64,000 bases of DNA from NCBI GenBank assembly GCA_964016885.1, contig OZ024741.1, positions 88,412,001-88,476,000 of the forward strand, read 5' to 3'. Below, piece after piece: positions 38,128 to 50,365 of the stretch. Every line of letters starts with the position of its first letter. Position 1 is the stretch's first letter. The position numbers and the translations under genes are program-made. The stretch comes from Eledone cirrhosa. Lineage: Eukaryota. A model generated the notes under the pieces. It searched no databases, was not told the origin of the DNA, and worked only from the letters and a program-made list of their open reading frames with translations.

Positions 38128-38484
38128 ATATCAATGATATTAATAAATGGAAACTATATTTATAAAACCATATTTATTCTATTATATATATTTCAAAGGT
38201 ACCAAAACTTTGGTACGTTCTCATCAGATAAAATACAAAATTTGGTTTATAAATAGTGACATATCCAGGAATCAAACCATAACAGTTCAGGTTCCGTTTG
38301 GATAGTCTATCCAAACGCAACCTGAACTGTTATGGTTTGATTCGTGGGTATGTCACTATTTATAAACCAAATTTTGTATTTTATCTGATGAGAACGTACC
38401 AAAGTTTTGGTACCTTTGAAATATATATAATAGAATAAATATGGTTTTATAAATATAGTTTCTATTTATTAATATCATTGATAT
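38128..38484. repeat. Near-perfect 357-bp palindrome centred at 38306
   Basis: Arms of about 178 bp with only a few mismatches around GGATAG-T-CTATCC; TA tracts on both sides. Confidence 0.96.
38377..38437 (+). ncRNA. Minimal hammerhead ribozyme in palindrome arm (mirror copy at 38175-38235, - strand)
   Basis: TATTTTAT-CTGATGA-GAACGTACCAA AGTT TTGGTACCTTT-GAAA-TATATA-TA-ATAGAATA; predicted cleavage after 38429. Confidence 0.75.
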
Positions 38485-38566
38485 TATACTCCAGAAAACT
38501 TGTCGAGTGCTTCGAATCTGTTATAAATATATTTGTGGAATTACCAACAAATTAAATATCTCTTTG

Positions 38567-38624
<58 letters not shown>

Positions 38625-39657
38625 TATATATAAGAAAGAGGAAGTATGCTCCAGAGATAGTTAGATAGGTAAATAGTGTGTGGAGGAAGGGGATTACATA
38701 CGACAGTATGTACGAAGAAAATTTTCGAAATCTCAGAAATCTTTATGACCTTCTGGCTTTTCACCCCCACCGTCCTTTTAAAAAAAAACGTTCCCTCGTT
38801 TTTTTTTTTGTTAAATAATAGAATCTGTAAACGCCATTTACCTTGAGGGACATTCTGTAGAATCTTCCTTTTTCTTTGTATTATAATTCCATTCACATCT
38901 AGGATGTCTGACAAGAGGTATAAGACGTGTGCCAAGACATGTAAGATCGTTCAGGTACCCCCTACGTCCGACAGATCTCCAACTCAACACGACCGATTGT
39001 CCGTCCTTCAGCTAATGGACTAAAGCAAGCTATTACTATAATAACGACCAGTTAACAACCACACAAGTTTAAAACGGCAGCTTTTACAATTTCAACGTTA
39101 CTGCTATTGCTGTTGTTATTGTTTTTTGCTGCTGTTGTTGTATGTCTGCTAATCTTATTATTCAGCCGATACGCGGGTGCCTTAAAATCTTAATAACATC
39201 ACACCTTTTACTTTTTTTTTCTTATTTTTCATTTTATATATTTTTTTCTTTAAATTTTTATATGTCGTTGTTATTATCGTCGTCGTCTTTTTGTTTTCTT
39301 AGATCGGATTATCCTGGTTCCGTCTCTGTTTCTCCTTCGTATGTTGTTATTAGGTCTATTTGATATGAAAACATCCAAGCACCGCCCACCTTTCCTCATA
39401 CCGTTTCAACGTAAGATCCGCCACTGCCATGTAGCATCATATAATCAGTCGTTCAGGACTACGACTTTCAAGCAGCACACACATACATGTATGTATAATT
39501 ATGTAAGAACTACAACTATACACATACATCCATACATATATACACGTGTATCTGTGTAAGAACGACTCTAGATAGATGCATACATGTGTGTGTGTGTATG
39601 ACTGCCACTTCATCTTACCATCTCTCTTTGCTGTGAAACTCTTCCATCTCTCTCTCA

Positions 39658-39719
<62 letters not shown>

Positions 39720-39723
<4 letters not shown>

Positions 39724-40800
39724 AAACAGAAATAAATAACAACGCAAACAAATACAATACAATGAAGAAATATATTATTAGTTTTATGCTTGATCTAGTA
39801 GGAAAAGAGTCTTAACGTTTAGGACGCTAGTCCTTCATCAGAAGATAGAATGAGAAATTAAAGAAGAAATAGATAGATTGAGGAGACGGGCAGTGTGGAA
39901 ACGGGAAAAAAATTAGGGAAAATTATTAGGTCCATTTATGTTGCCATTTCTTGGAAAACTGTTGATGCTGGCGTTTTGTGTATCATACACTTTTTTTTTG
40001 GAATGCATCTATCTGAAAAGTAATAAAAACGTTTTGTATATAGAGCTGTATACGTCCGTACGAAGCTAAGAGGATATGTGGGAGTGTATAAGTAAAAGAG
40101 CGTGTGTGTGTGTGCTTGTAAGTATGAAGCTGTGAGCAAAAGTATGTGTATATAAGGGTGTGTATGTGTGTACAGAGCTGTGAAGGTAAATGTAGGGTAT
40201 GTGTGCATTTCATGTTGGTCTGTATAAGCTGTAGAAGCGTATGTTTCTGACTATAACAGAGACATAGGAACTTAAAGGGTGATAGAACACGGCCGGGTGT
40301 GACAACAAATGGGGTAAACATAGCGGAGGCAAGGGGTAGAGAAGTAAGCACTAGTGTATGTGTGTAAGATTTAAAAAATTGGGGATGGAAGTTGAATCCA
40401 TTGGGGAAACTGGACCCAAGGCGGAAAATCAGACTCTGCTCTATCCTGGTGCGTGAGGCCTGTCATCAAGGATTGAGACATGTAGGGAAAACTGACAGGA
40501 GTATCTATACCGAGTCGTATGTCTCTCAAATGTTCAGCAAAATGATCCGTCAAACGACGTCTTGTTTGTCCGATGTATAAGGACCCAGAAAGGGAACACC
40601 AGATGGCATAGACTACAAGGGTGGTGGTGCAGGTGAAGAAGTAGCATATATGAAATGAATAATTGGTGCCAGTGAGAGTGGTAACATTAGAAATGAAGGG
40701 ATAGGTGTTACAGTGGAGACGAAAATAAAAATGAGAGCCAGGTGGAGTCCTAGGCGAGGAAGGGAAGAGAAAGGGATCTGAAGAAAGGGTGTGCAATCAA
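39720..40800 (-). mobile_element. 5'-truncated Penelope-like element (GIY-YIG endonuclease, 3' UTR, pLTR with hammerhead)
   Basis: FTCTTTLVVYAIWCSLSGSLYIGQTRRRLTDHFAEHLRDIR and, in another frame, LIFRLGSSFPNGFN; hammerhead motif at 39810-39845 with GAAA changed to TAAA. Confidence 0.87.
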
Positions 40801-41553
40801 AATTTTCATTGTCTGTAACTTGGTAACTGACATAATTCCACTGTAACTAGTGTCAGTGAAACTGTGTCATTGACTAAGTGATAGACAGTGTGAGAAATAT
40901 GTTTGACTCCATGAAATATATGGTAAATATTTAACAGTTTTTATGGCATAATCTTTTTTGCAATATATATATATATATATTTATTAAAATAACAGATTAA
41001 AGTTTAAGCAAAGAATCGCTGCTTTCACCCTTAACGGGATCTTCTGAAACTAAAAAAATCAATCTGTGAACGCAGAAGTAAATATTTTGAAAAACGTTGC
41101 AACCAAAGGAAAACAGGAAGACGATACTTTGGTTCGTGAAGACATTCCCTCGCAATGAACGGAAAAAAGCGAAGATAATACGTCGTTATGTGGAGCGATG
41201 AGAACAATTACATGCAAAGACAAAACCACGTTTAAGGTATAAATGGAGTCGTAGATTAATATTCTATTTAGGAAACCATGTATGTATATGCATGCATGGT
41301 GGGTGTTTTCGCGTATGCACGTGTATGTACGTATACAGATGCGTATATATGTATATTTAATTATTATTACTTTTATGATTTTAATAACCTCTATCATTTT
41401 CGTTCCACTAATTTATCTACATTATTCTTAACTCTGAAGCCGAGAATCATTCGGTTTCCTAAATAGAATATTAGTTGCTCTAGGGTTCTTATATATTTGA
41501 TATATATTTATCCTTATCGAGCCCTCTTTGGATTTTAGTCTTCACATTATTAT

Positions 41554-41599
<46 letters not shown>

Positions 41600-41843
41600 A
41601 TATATATAATACACTTTGTGAAGTGATTAATGATAGAAAAGGCATCCAGCCATAGAAAACCCGCAAAAGGATTAGGAAGACTCTTCAGCTATGCCAAGGA
41701 CATGACAACTTTACTAGTGTTTGTACCACAATAAAATGCACTCACTAGAGCACATAATTGTATGTCAGAGCTCTTACCCATCTAGAGATCAATAAAATAA
41801 GTAATAAACTAACTACTGATTCAATATAATTGACTAACTCTCT

Positions 41844-42227
41844 TTAACCATTTGATACCAACCTAGTCAAAACCTGGCTCTAGTTCTATGAAGCAAAACC
41901 ACCCATTTTAAAAGGGTTCCTATTTAAATTAAAATCTTCCATAATTTTATATAAAAATCCTGTTAACCCATTAGCATTTACATTACTCTATATTTACTAT
42001 TGTATTTACATGGTAAACACTTTATTTCACATAATATCTCACACAAAATGGAATCTATGAGATTTTGTTATATATTTTGAGAACAATACCTTAATATAAG
42101 TAAAAAGGGTTAAGTTACTATTGTAGTAATGAAATAATTAATAATTTTAGCAAATCCCCTCAAAATTCTTCATTAACTACTTGAAATATAGTGTATTTAA
42201 TGGGCAATATGAGCACAAAAGGGTTAA
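41844..42227. mobile_element. Nested TTAA-flanked (piggyBac-like) MITEs
   Basis: Outer TTAA-CCATTTG...CAAAAGGG-TTAA; inner TTAA-CCCATT(41963)...AAAAGGG-TTAA(42113). Confidence 0.6.
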
Positions 42228-43499
42228 GGTGGGGTCCCAACATTGCTGTAGTTTTATGACTGAAACCAATAAAAGAATAAATGAATAATACCCTGAGTCA
42301 CTGAATCACTTGCCTGTCATATTGGGTCATATAAAGGATTTGTATACATATGTGTCAAGGACACCTCAGTTTGGTGCACTCCCTTTCTTTGTCTGTATAT
42401 CTCTGTCTCTCTCTCTCTCTTTGTTGTTAATTTCACTGGAAACTACACAAGTATGAGGAGGAAGGAAAGTGGCATAACTGGAAGTGTATTACCACTCTAT
42501 AATATCTATGTGGACATGCACACACATACACCACCATCACCTTTACTGATGGTTTTTTTTCCATGCTGGCATGAGTTAGACAGGACTCTCTGGAGCAATG
42601 TTTTTATAGCCAGATATCCTTTCTAATACTAACCCTTTTAGCCACCTTGCACAATATGTAGGTGTTATGGTACACCTATTCTAAAAGCCCAAGTCAATTC
42701 TTTTTCATAGTTACAGCTCTCATCTAATTTGTACATTATATTTTTTGGCAAGGTTTCTATGGTTGGATACCCTTCCTAACTCCAACAACTTTACAATGTG
42801 TACTGGGGACATTTTATCATAGTACTAACAATAGAAATTTTGTCTTGTCTCCAACAAGAACAACAACAAAACTAATTAATTAATTAGTGAAAGAAAGAGT
42901 TTCATTTATAAGCTCTTTATTTACAAGACGCAATTAAACTTGGTTAACCTGTCTTATAAAATAACGAACCTCTATATAAATAGAATGTAGAGTCAAATAA
43001 GTTAGGCAGTAAATCATTAGATATACATAACTTATCTCAGCTGAAGATATTTTAATTGAAGAGAACAGCCATATAATTTGGCTCAAAACTATTTCTACTC
43101 TATTTAAACATTTCAAGGTTTCACTTAAAATGAGTTGTCGTCCATCTCCCATTTTGTTTTCTAGATATTTTATATCTGGTATGATTCTAGATTCAAGTGC
43201 AAGAAGTCCAGGATTTGATTGTGAACTCACAATCAAAAAAGAGATAGTCTGATGTCTTTTATCCAACCAACCAGCCAACCAATAAATAATTGTTATTTAA
43301 CCCCAGGTTAACCTTTGTTGAGCAAACCTATTACATATAGGTAGTTTATCAAATAAATAGGTGCAATTCACAGGTCTAGTGTTCTATATGATGGAAGGCC
43401 ATCATTCAAACATGCAACAGGGAGGGTATATACACTAATTGACAGATAAGATAAACAAATATATTGCTACTGCTTTTGTCACTCCACTGCTCTGTATTC

Positions 43500-43866
43500 C
43501 TATAACAGCAACTGGAATGGGGGTTCCTCCAAAGGGTCTTTGAAGTAATGTTACTCGATAAAGAGCATAGATTGGAGATCAGGGAATCACTACTTCTTTG
43601 AATTGCGAGATCACAGCTCCAATACTACAGACATGTGGTTAGAATGTCTCAGGAAAGAATCATTGGACAGATTTTATGGGCAAATCACAACAGCACAAGA
43701 CCCCGGGGTAGACACTGAGCAAGATAGTTGGTCTCGCTTGGGGATCCAACTGGATCAATAGGAGACAGTTACTTCTGACAGGACCTACTTGAAGGTGTGC
43801 TTGAGGACTCTGCCTCTCCCCTACAACCATTTCAAGAATAAGTGGGCAAAGAAGAAAAAGAAGAAG
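43500..43866 (+). mobile_element. RTE (Expander/Rex3-like) 3' fragment
   Basis: Colinear with 63050-63436; ends AAGTGGGCAAAGAAGAAAAAGAAGAAG. Confidence 0.8.
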
Positions 43867-44277
43867 CAACATGTGATGATATTCATGCCTTTCCCAGGAT
43901 ATCCCAAACTGTATCCTGTACACAGTCCTGTAATACTTAACATCACAACACAGTGTCTGCTATGCATGTCCCCATATAAATAGGTCATCATCCTCATCAT
44001 TATCATCTCATCATGGTTAAATGATTGTTTGGAAAGTTATCTAAGTGTAAAAAACATCTGTTCAGACGATTCACAGGAATATTCAGATGTTCTGAACTTA
44101 ATCAACATTTGATAGCAGAGATCAATATATATGAAACAGAGCAAAAATAAGTGGTGAGAGAGGTTGTGGTAATGGACGAGGAGGTGGTAGTGGTGTTTTT
44201 TTTTGTCTTTTGTTCTGGGGTTTTTTGTTCAGTTTCTTTGGATTTTTTTTTTGTTTTTATTATTTTAGTCCCAAGTT

Positions 44278-44495
44278 AAGGGCGGTGGATTGGCAGTATC
44301 GGTAGAGAATCGGACACCATGCTTTGCAGCATAGAGTTACGGCCCTTTATGATTCGAGTTCAAATCCCGCCGAGGTTAACTTTGCCTTTCATCCTTACGG
44401 GGTCGATAAAATAAAGTACCAGTCACACACTGGAGTCGATTTAATCGACTTTCCCCTCCCCCTAAATTGATGGCCTTGTGCCTATATTAGAAACC
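44278..44495 (+). mobile_element. Full-length Meta-like tRNA SINE with 19-bp TSD (more copies at 45000-45375 -, 45655-45850 +, 58450-58617 -)
   Basis: A-box TGGCAGTATCGG, B-box GTTCAAATCC; TSD ATTATTTTAGTCC(C/A)AAGTT at 44259-44277 and 44496-44514. Confidence 0.9.
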
Positions 44496-46704
44496 ATTAT
44501 TTTAGTCCAAAGTTGTCTCTGACTGAGCAGACTTTTGACAAAAGATATTCCAGCTGTAACCATTCCATCTTTTGTAGATGTAGACCTGCATAATGCAGTG
44601 TGTCCTTCCTATATTCTATATGGAAGTGTATGATTTGAAGACATTTAGTTACTATTTCTAGCAACTGAAATACTGCAGTTGATTAAATTATTAACACCCT
44701 GCCACATTCTAATTCATATTCTAAGTACCAGTCTAGGGTAGTGGACTGCTGGAATTGTTAGAGTATTGGATGAGGGATGTCTTACAGTATTTATTCTTGT
44801 TCTACGAGTTCTAAGTTCAAATTCCACTGTAGCTCAGTTTAACACTGTCACCTAGTCCTTGGATGCTTTTAGCAAAGTCCACCCTGTTGCAAATATTTGG
44901 ACCAGATCTTTGGTTTGTGGGTATTCTTCTCTCTACCCCCATCTTTTATCAAACACTTTATCAATTCTGCCAGTCCACTGCCTTACTTACTTGATCATGG
45001 TTTCTAATTTGGGCACAAGGCCAGCAATTTGATACAGGCGGAGTTGATTATATCAACCTCAGAAGGATGAAAAGCAAAGTTGACCTCATTGGGATTTGAA
45101 CTCAGAATGTACAGAGCTAAAACAAATATTGTTAAGCATTTTTGTCCAACGCTCTTATGACTCTGCCAGTTTGCCATCCTCTTACTCATTTAATAATGGT
45201 TTCTGATTTAGGTACAAGGCCAATAATTTGGGGGGAGGGGAAAGTCGATTAAGTCAACCTCAGTGCGTTACTGGTACTTTATTTTATCAACCCCGTAAGG
45301 ATGAACGGCAAAGCTAACCTTGGCGGGATTTGAAATCAAAACGTAAAGAGCCATAACTCTATGCCGCAAAGCATGATTAAATTTAATTCCAAAGAAAAGA
45401 AACCAGAACATTTTTCTCTGAGAGTTCCTTATACTCTGAAGAAGGGAATTTTACGTCCTGAAATATTAGGGTGAAAAAACAACAACAAGCAACAAAAAAA
45501 AAACAAAGATTACCAGGTAACTTACTTTTCCGTTACCTTCATCTTACCATCCATTTTGCATTGTTTAGCCTTATATCACTTTCCACATTATATATTATAT
45601 ACAATACTTCAAGCAAACTACATTTTATCTTACTTTCTCATTACTGAATTGATGTAGGATGGTGAATTGGCAGAATCATTAAAGCATCGGATAAAATGCT
45701 TTGTAGCAATTGTTCCTGCTCTTTTCATTCTGAGTTCAAATCCAGCACAGGTCAACTTTGCCTTTCATCCTTCCAAGGTTGATAAAATAAAGTATCAGTC
45801 AAGTATTGACTTTCCCTTTCCCTCCAAATTGCTGGCCTTGAGCTAAGTTTAAAAAAACATTATTAAGCTGGTCTCTGGAACATATCTTAACAAAGGTTCT
45901 TATAGAGAATTATGATGGAAGGTTTTTAGATATATATAAACAGGTTTTTAAACATAGAACCAGGTGCAGTTTCAGGCAGTTTGGTATCAAAGGGGTCAAA
46001 TCCCACATAATAAGATAAAGACCTTCACAACATAAAGATGTATATCTAAACTGATTTGACCTGCACCACTGTGGGGATAACATATGTCACATGATCAAGT
46101 AGATAACCCTCCCTTTTCCCTTCCCCCTCTCTCTCTCTCTTTTGGTGTATTTGACTTACTTCAGATAAGGACACACTACTTCTGAATTCAAGCATTAATA
46201 CTTAATCTAGAGTCAAAGATTAACATTGGGAAAGACTATTCACATGTGAATGTGTTTTATATATGCATCTATGTTAGTGTGTATGTATGCACATATGTTC
46301 TTGTTTGTGTGTGTTTCTCTGTTCTCTTTTATGTATGGATATGCATTCGTATTTGTGTGTGTTCTCATTTGTGTATGTGTGTTTTTGTTTCTGTGTGCAT
46401 GTGTATGTGTGTACATGTATGAACATGACAGCATACCTATATCCCCATATACATATCACTTGTCATATATGCTAAACATTTACATACACATTAAGGAATT
46501 TGTTTGCTTTCCCCAACTAAGGTTAACTTATATTCTAAGATTTGTTTTCATACATCATTCAGTACATCACTATCTACCTCAATTATATAAATCCATACCA
46601 TTGGCTCACTTTAGTTATTTCTCTTAATTCACTTTTTGTAATCATGCAATTTATACAGACCAAAATTTTTCATAACTTTTTTCTTACTTGTGTGTGGGTG
46701 TGTG

Positions 46705-46776
<72 letters not shown>

Positions 46777-46784
46777 ATATATAT

Positions 46785-47270
46785 GGGAGCTACTACTGCT
46801 GCTGCTGCTAGCTACAAAAGGTTTTTCCCTAAAAATGGAGGGCAGATGCATGTATACAAACAGCAATGTTGTATGGTGATAATACCTAGGTGCTGGGTGC
46901 AGAGGACCTACGAAGATTGGAGAGAAATGAAGCTTGCATACTCCAATGATTGTGTAATAGTAATATACATGAATGGCAAAGTGTAAATGAACTGGAGAGA
47001 AACTGAGCATAAGAGGGATCCGATGCAGTGTACATGCGTTGGCATGGACATGTGATGTGTATGAAGGATGACAGCTGTATAAAAAGGTGCTGGGTGCTCA
47101 AAGTTGATGGAAGCTATGGAGTAGGGAGACCTAGGAAGGCTTGGGATGAGGTGATAAAAGCTGACCTTGTACAATTGCATCTCTCAAAGGTGATGACACA
47201 GTATCGAGATTTCTGACTTTATGCAGACTCGTATTCCCATGTACACAGGTTGACACATACATCTAGTACG
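46785..47270 (+). mobile_element. Degraded RTE 3' fragment
   Basis: LLATKGFSLKMEGR...RWHGHVMCMKDDSCIKRCWVLKVDGSYGVGRPRKAW. Confidence 0.85.
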
Positions 47271-47416
47271 CACCACTTTCCCATTCCCTCACCTTACACC
47301 CCACCCTTCACCCACACCCTTTCACTCCACACTTCACCAGTTAAGTGCCCCATATTGAGAGAGAGAGAGTGAAAGAGGTATGGAGGTATATATATATGCA
47401 TTCATACATACGTATA

Positions 47417-47632
47417 CAGTGTGTTCGCTTTTTACGTGAAGATGCATTCATGAACATGGTGCGTAAAGCAAATTTGTGTAATTCAAGTCTAATTTCCCCA
47501 TTAATAAAAGAAAGATTAAAAACCACACGTTATAGTGTGTTATTCACACAAAGTGAATATTTAATGATTTTTTTCAAGAGGCGTTAAAGCAAATTCACGT
47601 TCTTCAAGTTCGCGTAAAAAGTGAACAGACTG
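47417..47632. mobile_element. Tc1/mariner- or pogo-type MITE, 216 bp
   Basis: TA|CAGTGTGTTCGCTTTTTACGTGAA ... TTCGCGTAAAAAGTGAACAGACTG|TA. Confidence 0.85.
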
Positions 47633-47681
47633 TATGTGTATATATATATATATATACATTTATATATATATATATATATAT

Positions 47682-49721
47682 ATGTCCAAAAAGCAGGCTT
47701 GGAAAGTATGGCGGGATGGGGGAAGTAGAGTAGACTATCAAGTGGCCAGGAGGGAAGCTAGGAGAGAAGTGTACTTAGCAAGAAGGGAAGCGGAGGAAAG
47801 AAAGTTCAAGCATGTTCTACAACGCGATGACCAAAAACGTGAGGTGTTCAGGATTGCCAGGCAATGCGTCAAGGAAAACCGTGATATTGTCGGGGAGAAG
47901 TGTGTACTTAACGATGATGGCATACTTGCCATCACCGACACTGATAAGAAGGTAGCTTGGAAGTGTCACTATGAAAGGCTACTAAATGAGGAGAATAAAT
48001 GGGAGAAAGACAGTCTCCCCCATATCGACCCGATAGAGGGACCAGCAGTGTTAGTCGAGGGGAGTATAATAAGTAAGGCAATCAAGGATATGAAGACTGG
48101 TAAGGCGGCTGGGCCTTCGGAAATAGTTGCTGAGATGCTGAAGGCATCTGGCACGGTGGGACACACCATGGTCACCCGCATAGTTAACCAAGTCGTACAG
48201 AATGGGGTTGTTCCGAAGGACTGGCATAGCAGCATCATCGTTAACTGTTATAAGGGTAAAGGAGACGCCCTAGATAGGAGTAACTATAGAGGCATTAAAT
48301 TAATCGACCAGGTCATGAAGGTCACGGAAAAAGTAATAGCGCAACTAATCAGAGAGAGAATTGATCTAGATGAAATGCAGTTCGGGTTTGTGTCAGGCAA
48401 AAGCACCACAGACGCTCTTTTCATAGTACGACAACTACAGGAGAAGTACCTAGCTAAAGGTAAACCCCTCTACTTAGCTTTTGTCGACCTGGAGAAAGCC
48501 TTCGACAGAGTCCCCCGCTCCATTATCTGGTGGGCTCTTAGAAAACTAGGCGTTGACGAATGGCTTGTGAGGGCTATACAAGCCATGTATAAAGAAACAG
48601 TCAGCAAGGTTAGAATTAACAACGAATATAGTGAAGAGTTTAGCGTAAAAGTTGGCGTCCATCAGGGCTCTGTTCTCAGCCCCCTACTATTTATTATTGC
48701 CCTTCAGGCTATAACAGAGGAGTTCAAGACAGGCTGCCCATGGGAACTCCTATACGCAGACGACCTGACACTCATAGCGGAATCAATGGCCGAGCTAGAG
48801 AAGAAATTCCAAACATGGAAGCACGGCCTAGAGTCAAAAGGACTTAAAATTAACCTGGCTAAGACCAAAGTTCTAGTTTGTAGGAAAGAAAACAAGGCGG
48901 CGGTCCCTTCTGGGAAATGGTCGTGCTCGGTATGTAGGAAAGGCGTAGGTAGAAACTCCATCTTATGTCCTAAATGCAAAGTATGGGTGCATAAAAGATG
49001 TAGTGGGATCACAGGTAAGCTAACTAAGAACATAGACTTTACATGTGGCCGATGTTCTGGTGCAATAAGTAGCAGCAAGTGCCCACAAAATACTAGCTCT
49101 TTCAATTGCGCAGAGGGTTCTATAGAAATAGTGGACAGCTTCCGTTACCTGGGCGATAAAATCAGCAGTGGGGGAGGGTGCTCTGAAAGTACTGTAGCTA
49201 GAGTCAGAACTGGTTGGAAAAAGTTCAGAGAGCTTATACCACTATTAGCTGCTAAAGGGTTCTCCCTAAAAATGAAAGGCAGGTTGTACGATGCCTGCAT
49301 ACGAACAGCAATGTTGCATGGTAGTGAGACCTGGGCATTGTGTGCAGAGGATATACGCAGACTAGAGAGGAACGAAGCTTGCATGCTCCGCTGGATGTGT
49401 AACAGTAATATACGTGAACGGCAAAGCATAAACGAACTAAGGAAAAAATTAGAGATAAGAGGGATCAGATGTTGTTTACTCGAGAGAAGGCTGCGTTGGT
49501 ATGGACACGTGATGCGCATGAAAGTCGATAGCTGTATTACAAAGTGCAGGGCAATAAAGATAGACGGTAGCCACGGAATAGGCAGACCTAGAAAAACATG
49601 GGATGAGCTGATAAACTCCAACCTCATACACTTACACCTCTCCAAGACAATGTCACTGGACCGTGACCTTTGGCGGTACTCAGTAACAGAGAAAACCCGC
49701 CTTGCCAGTAGGCATCTCTAA
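47682..49721 (+). CDS. Open RT ORF of a young 5'-truncated RTE LINE (no endonuclease; element extends to the (GAT)n tail at 50079)
   Basis: NYRGIKL, QFGF, FVDLEKAFDRV, GVHQGSVLSPLLF, LYADDL, FRYLG, HGSETW and RLRWYGHV motifs with no stops; the ATG is contributed by the microsatellite junction. Confidence 0.95.
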   Translation: MSKKQAWKVWRDGGSRVDYQVARREARREVYLARREAEERKFKHVLQRDDQKREVFRIARQCVKENRDIVGEKCVLNDDGILAITDTDKKVAWKCHYERLLNEENKWEKDSLPHIDPIEGPAVLVEGSIISKAIKDMKTGKAAGPSEIVAEMLKASGTVGHTMVTRIVNQVVQNGVVPKDWHSSIIVNCYKGKGDALDRSNYRGIKLIDQVMKVTEKVIAQLIRERIDLDEMQFGFVSGKSTTDALFIVRQLQEKYLAKGKPLYLAFVDLEKAFDRVPRSIIWWALRKLGVDEWLVRAIQAMYKETVSKVRINNEYSEEFSVKVGVHQGSVLSPLLFIIALQAITEEFKTGCPWELLYADDLTLIAESMAELEKKFQTWKHGLESKGLKINLAKTKVLVCRKENKAAVPSGKWSCSVCRKGVGRNSILCPKCKVWVHKRCSGITGKLTKNIDFTCGRCSGAISSSKCPQNTSSFNCAEGSIEIVDSFRYLGDKISSGGGCSESTVARVRTGWKKFRELIPLLAAKGFSLKMKGRLYDACIRTAMLHGSETWALCAEDIRRLERNEACMLRWMCNSNIRERQSINELRKKLEIRGIRCCLLERRLRWYGHVMRMKVDSCITKCRAIKIDGSHGIGRPRKTWDELINSNLIHLHLSKTMSLDRDLWRYSVTEKTRLASRHL

Positions 49722-50365
49722 CAAACTACACCCCGTCCCGCCACCACCCCCACCCCATCCACACCACCCCGTTCCATGTAAAGTTATGTTGGTGCCGCGC
49801 CATCCAGGCCGAAACAAACGAGATCGTGTAGGTGTCACGACAAAAAAACACAGTCCACGCTGTAATGTGGCCGTGTAGGCAACACGGTAAAAACCTCCCA
49901 GACCCACACTGTAAATGTGGTTGGTGTTAGGAAGGGCATCCAACTGTAGAAAACCTGCCAGACAGTCCTATGCGAGCAAGACAATCACTCTTGCCTCAAG
50001 TGGGACTACCCCCGTCCAAACCCATGCAAGCGTGGAACACGGACGTTAAACGTTGATGATGATGATGATGATGATGATGTGTGTGTGTATGTATGTAAAA
50101 GGTAAACAGAAATAACAACACAATCGGTACAGTATATGGAAGGAATATATTAGGTTAACGCTTGAAATAGCTGGATGAGGGTCTTAACGTTTTGGACGCT
50201 AGTCCTTCATCAGAAGAAAGAATGAGAAATAAGACAGATTGAAGGGACAGGCAGGGTGCAATTGGAAAACATGTCCTTACATTAAAATAACAGGTCCATT
50301 CATGTTGACATCTCATATATATGTGTATGTATGTGTATATATATATATTTATATAATATATGTAT

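Noticed and set aside
41010-41050. Minus-strand CAGAAGA-TCCC...GGGT-GAAA
   Set aside because: Core U4 is missing and neither stem I nor stem III pairs
42934-43278. 114-aa ORF as a host exon
   Set aside because: No recognisable motif or convincing splice signals
44280-44372. tRNA gene
   Set aside because: A and B boxes are present but there is no cloverleaf; it is a SINE head with core, tail and TSD
47634-49721. Autonomous full-length LINE or domesticated gene
   Set aside because: The N-terminus comes from the microsatellite and the endonuclease is absent; it is a 5'-truncated copy
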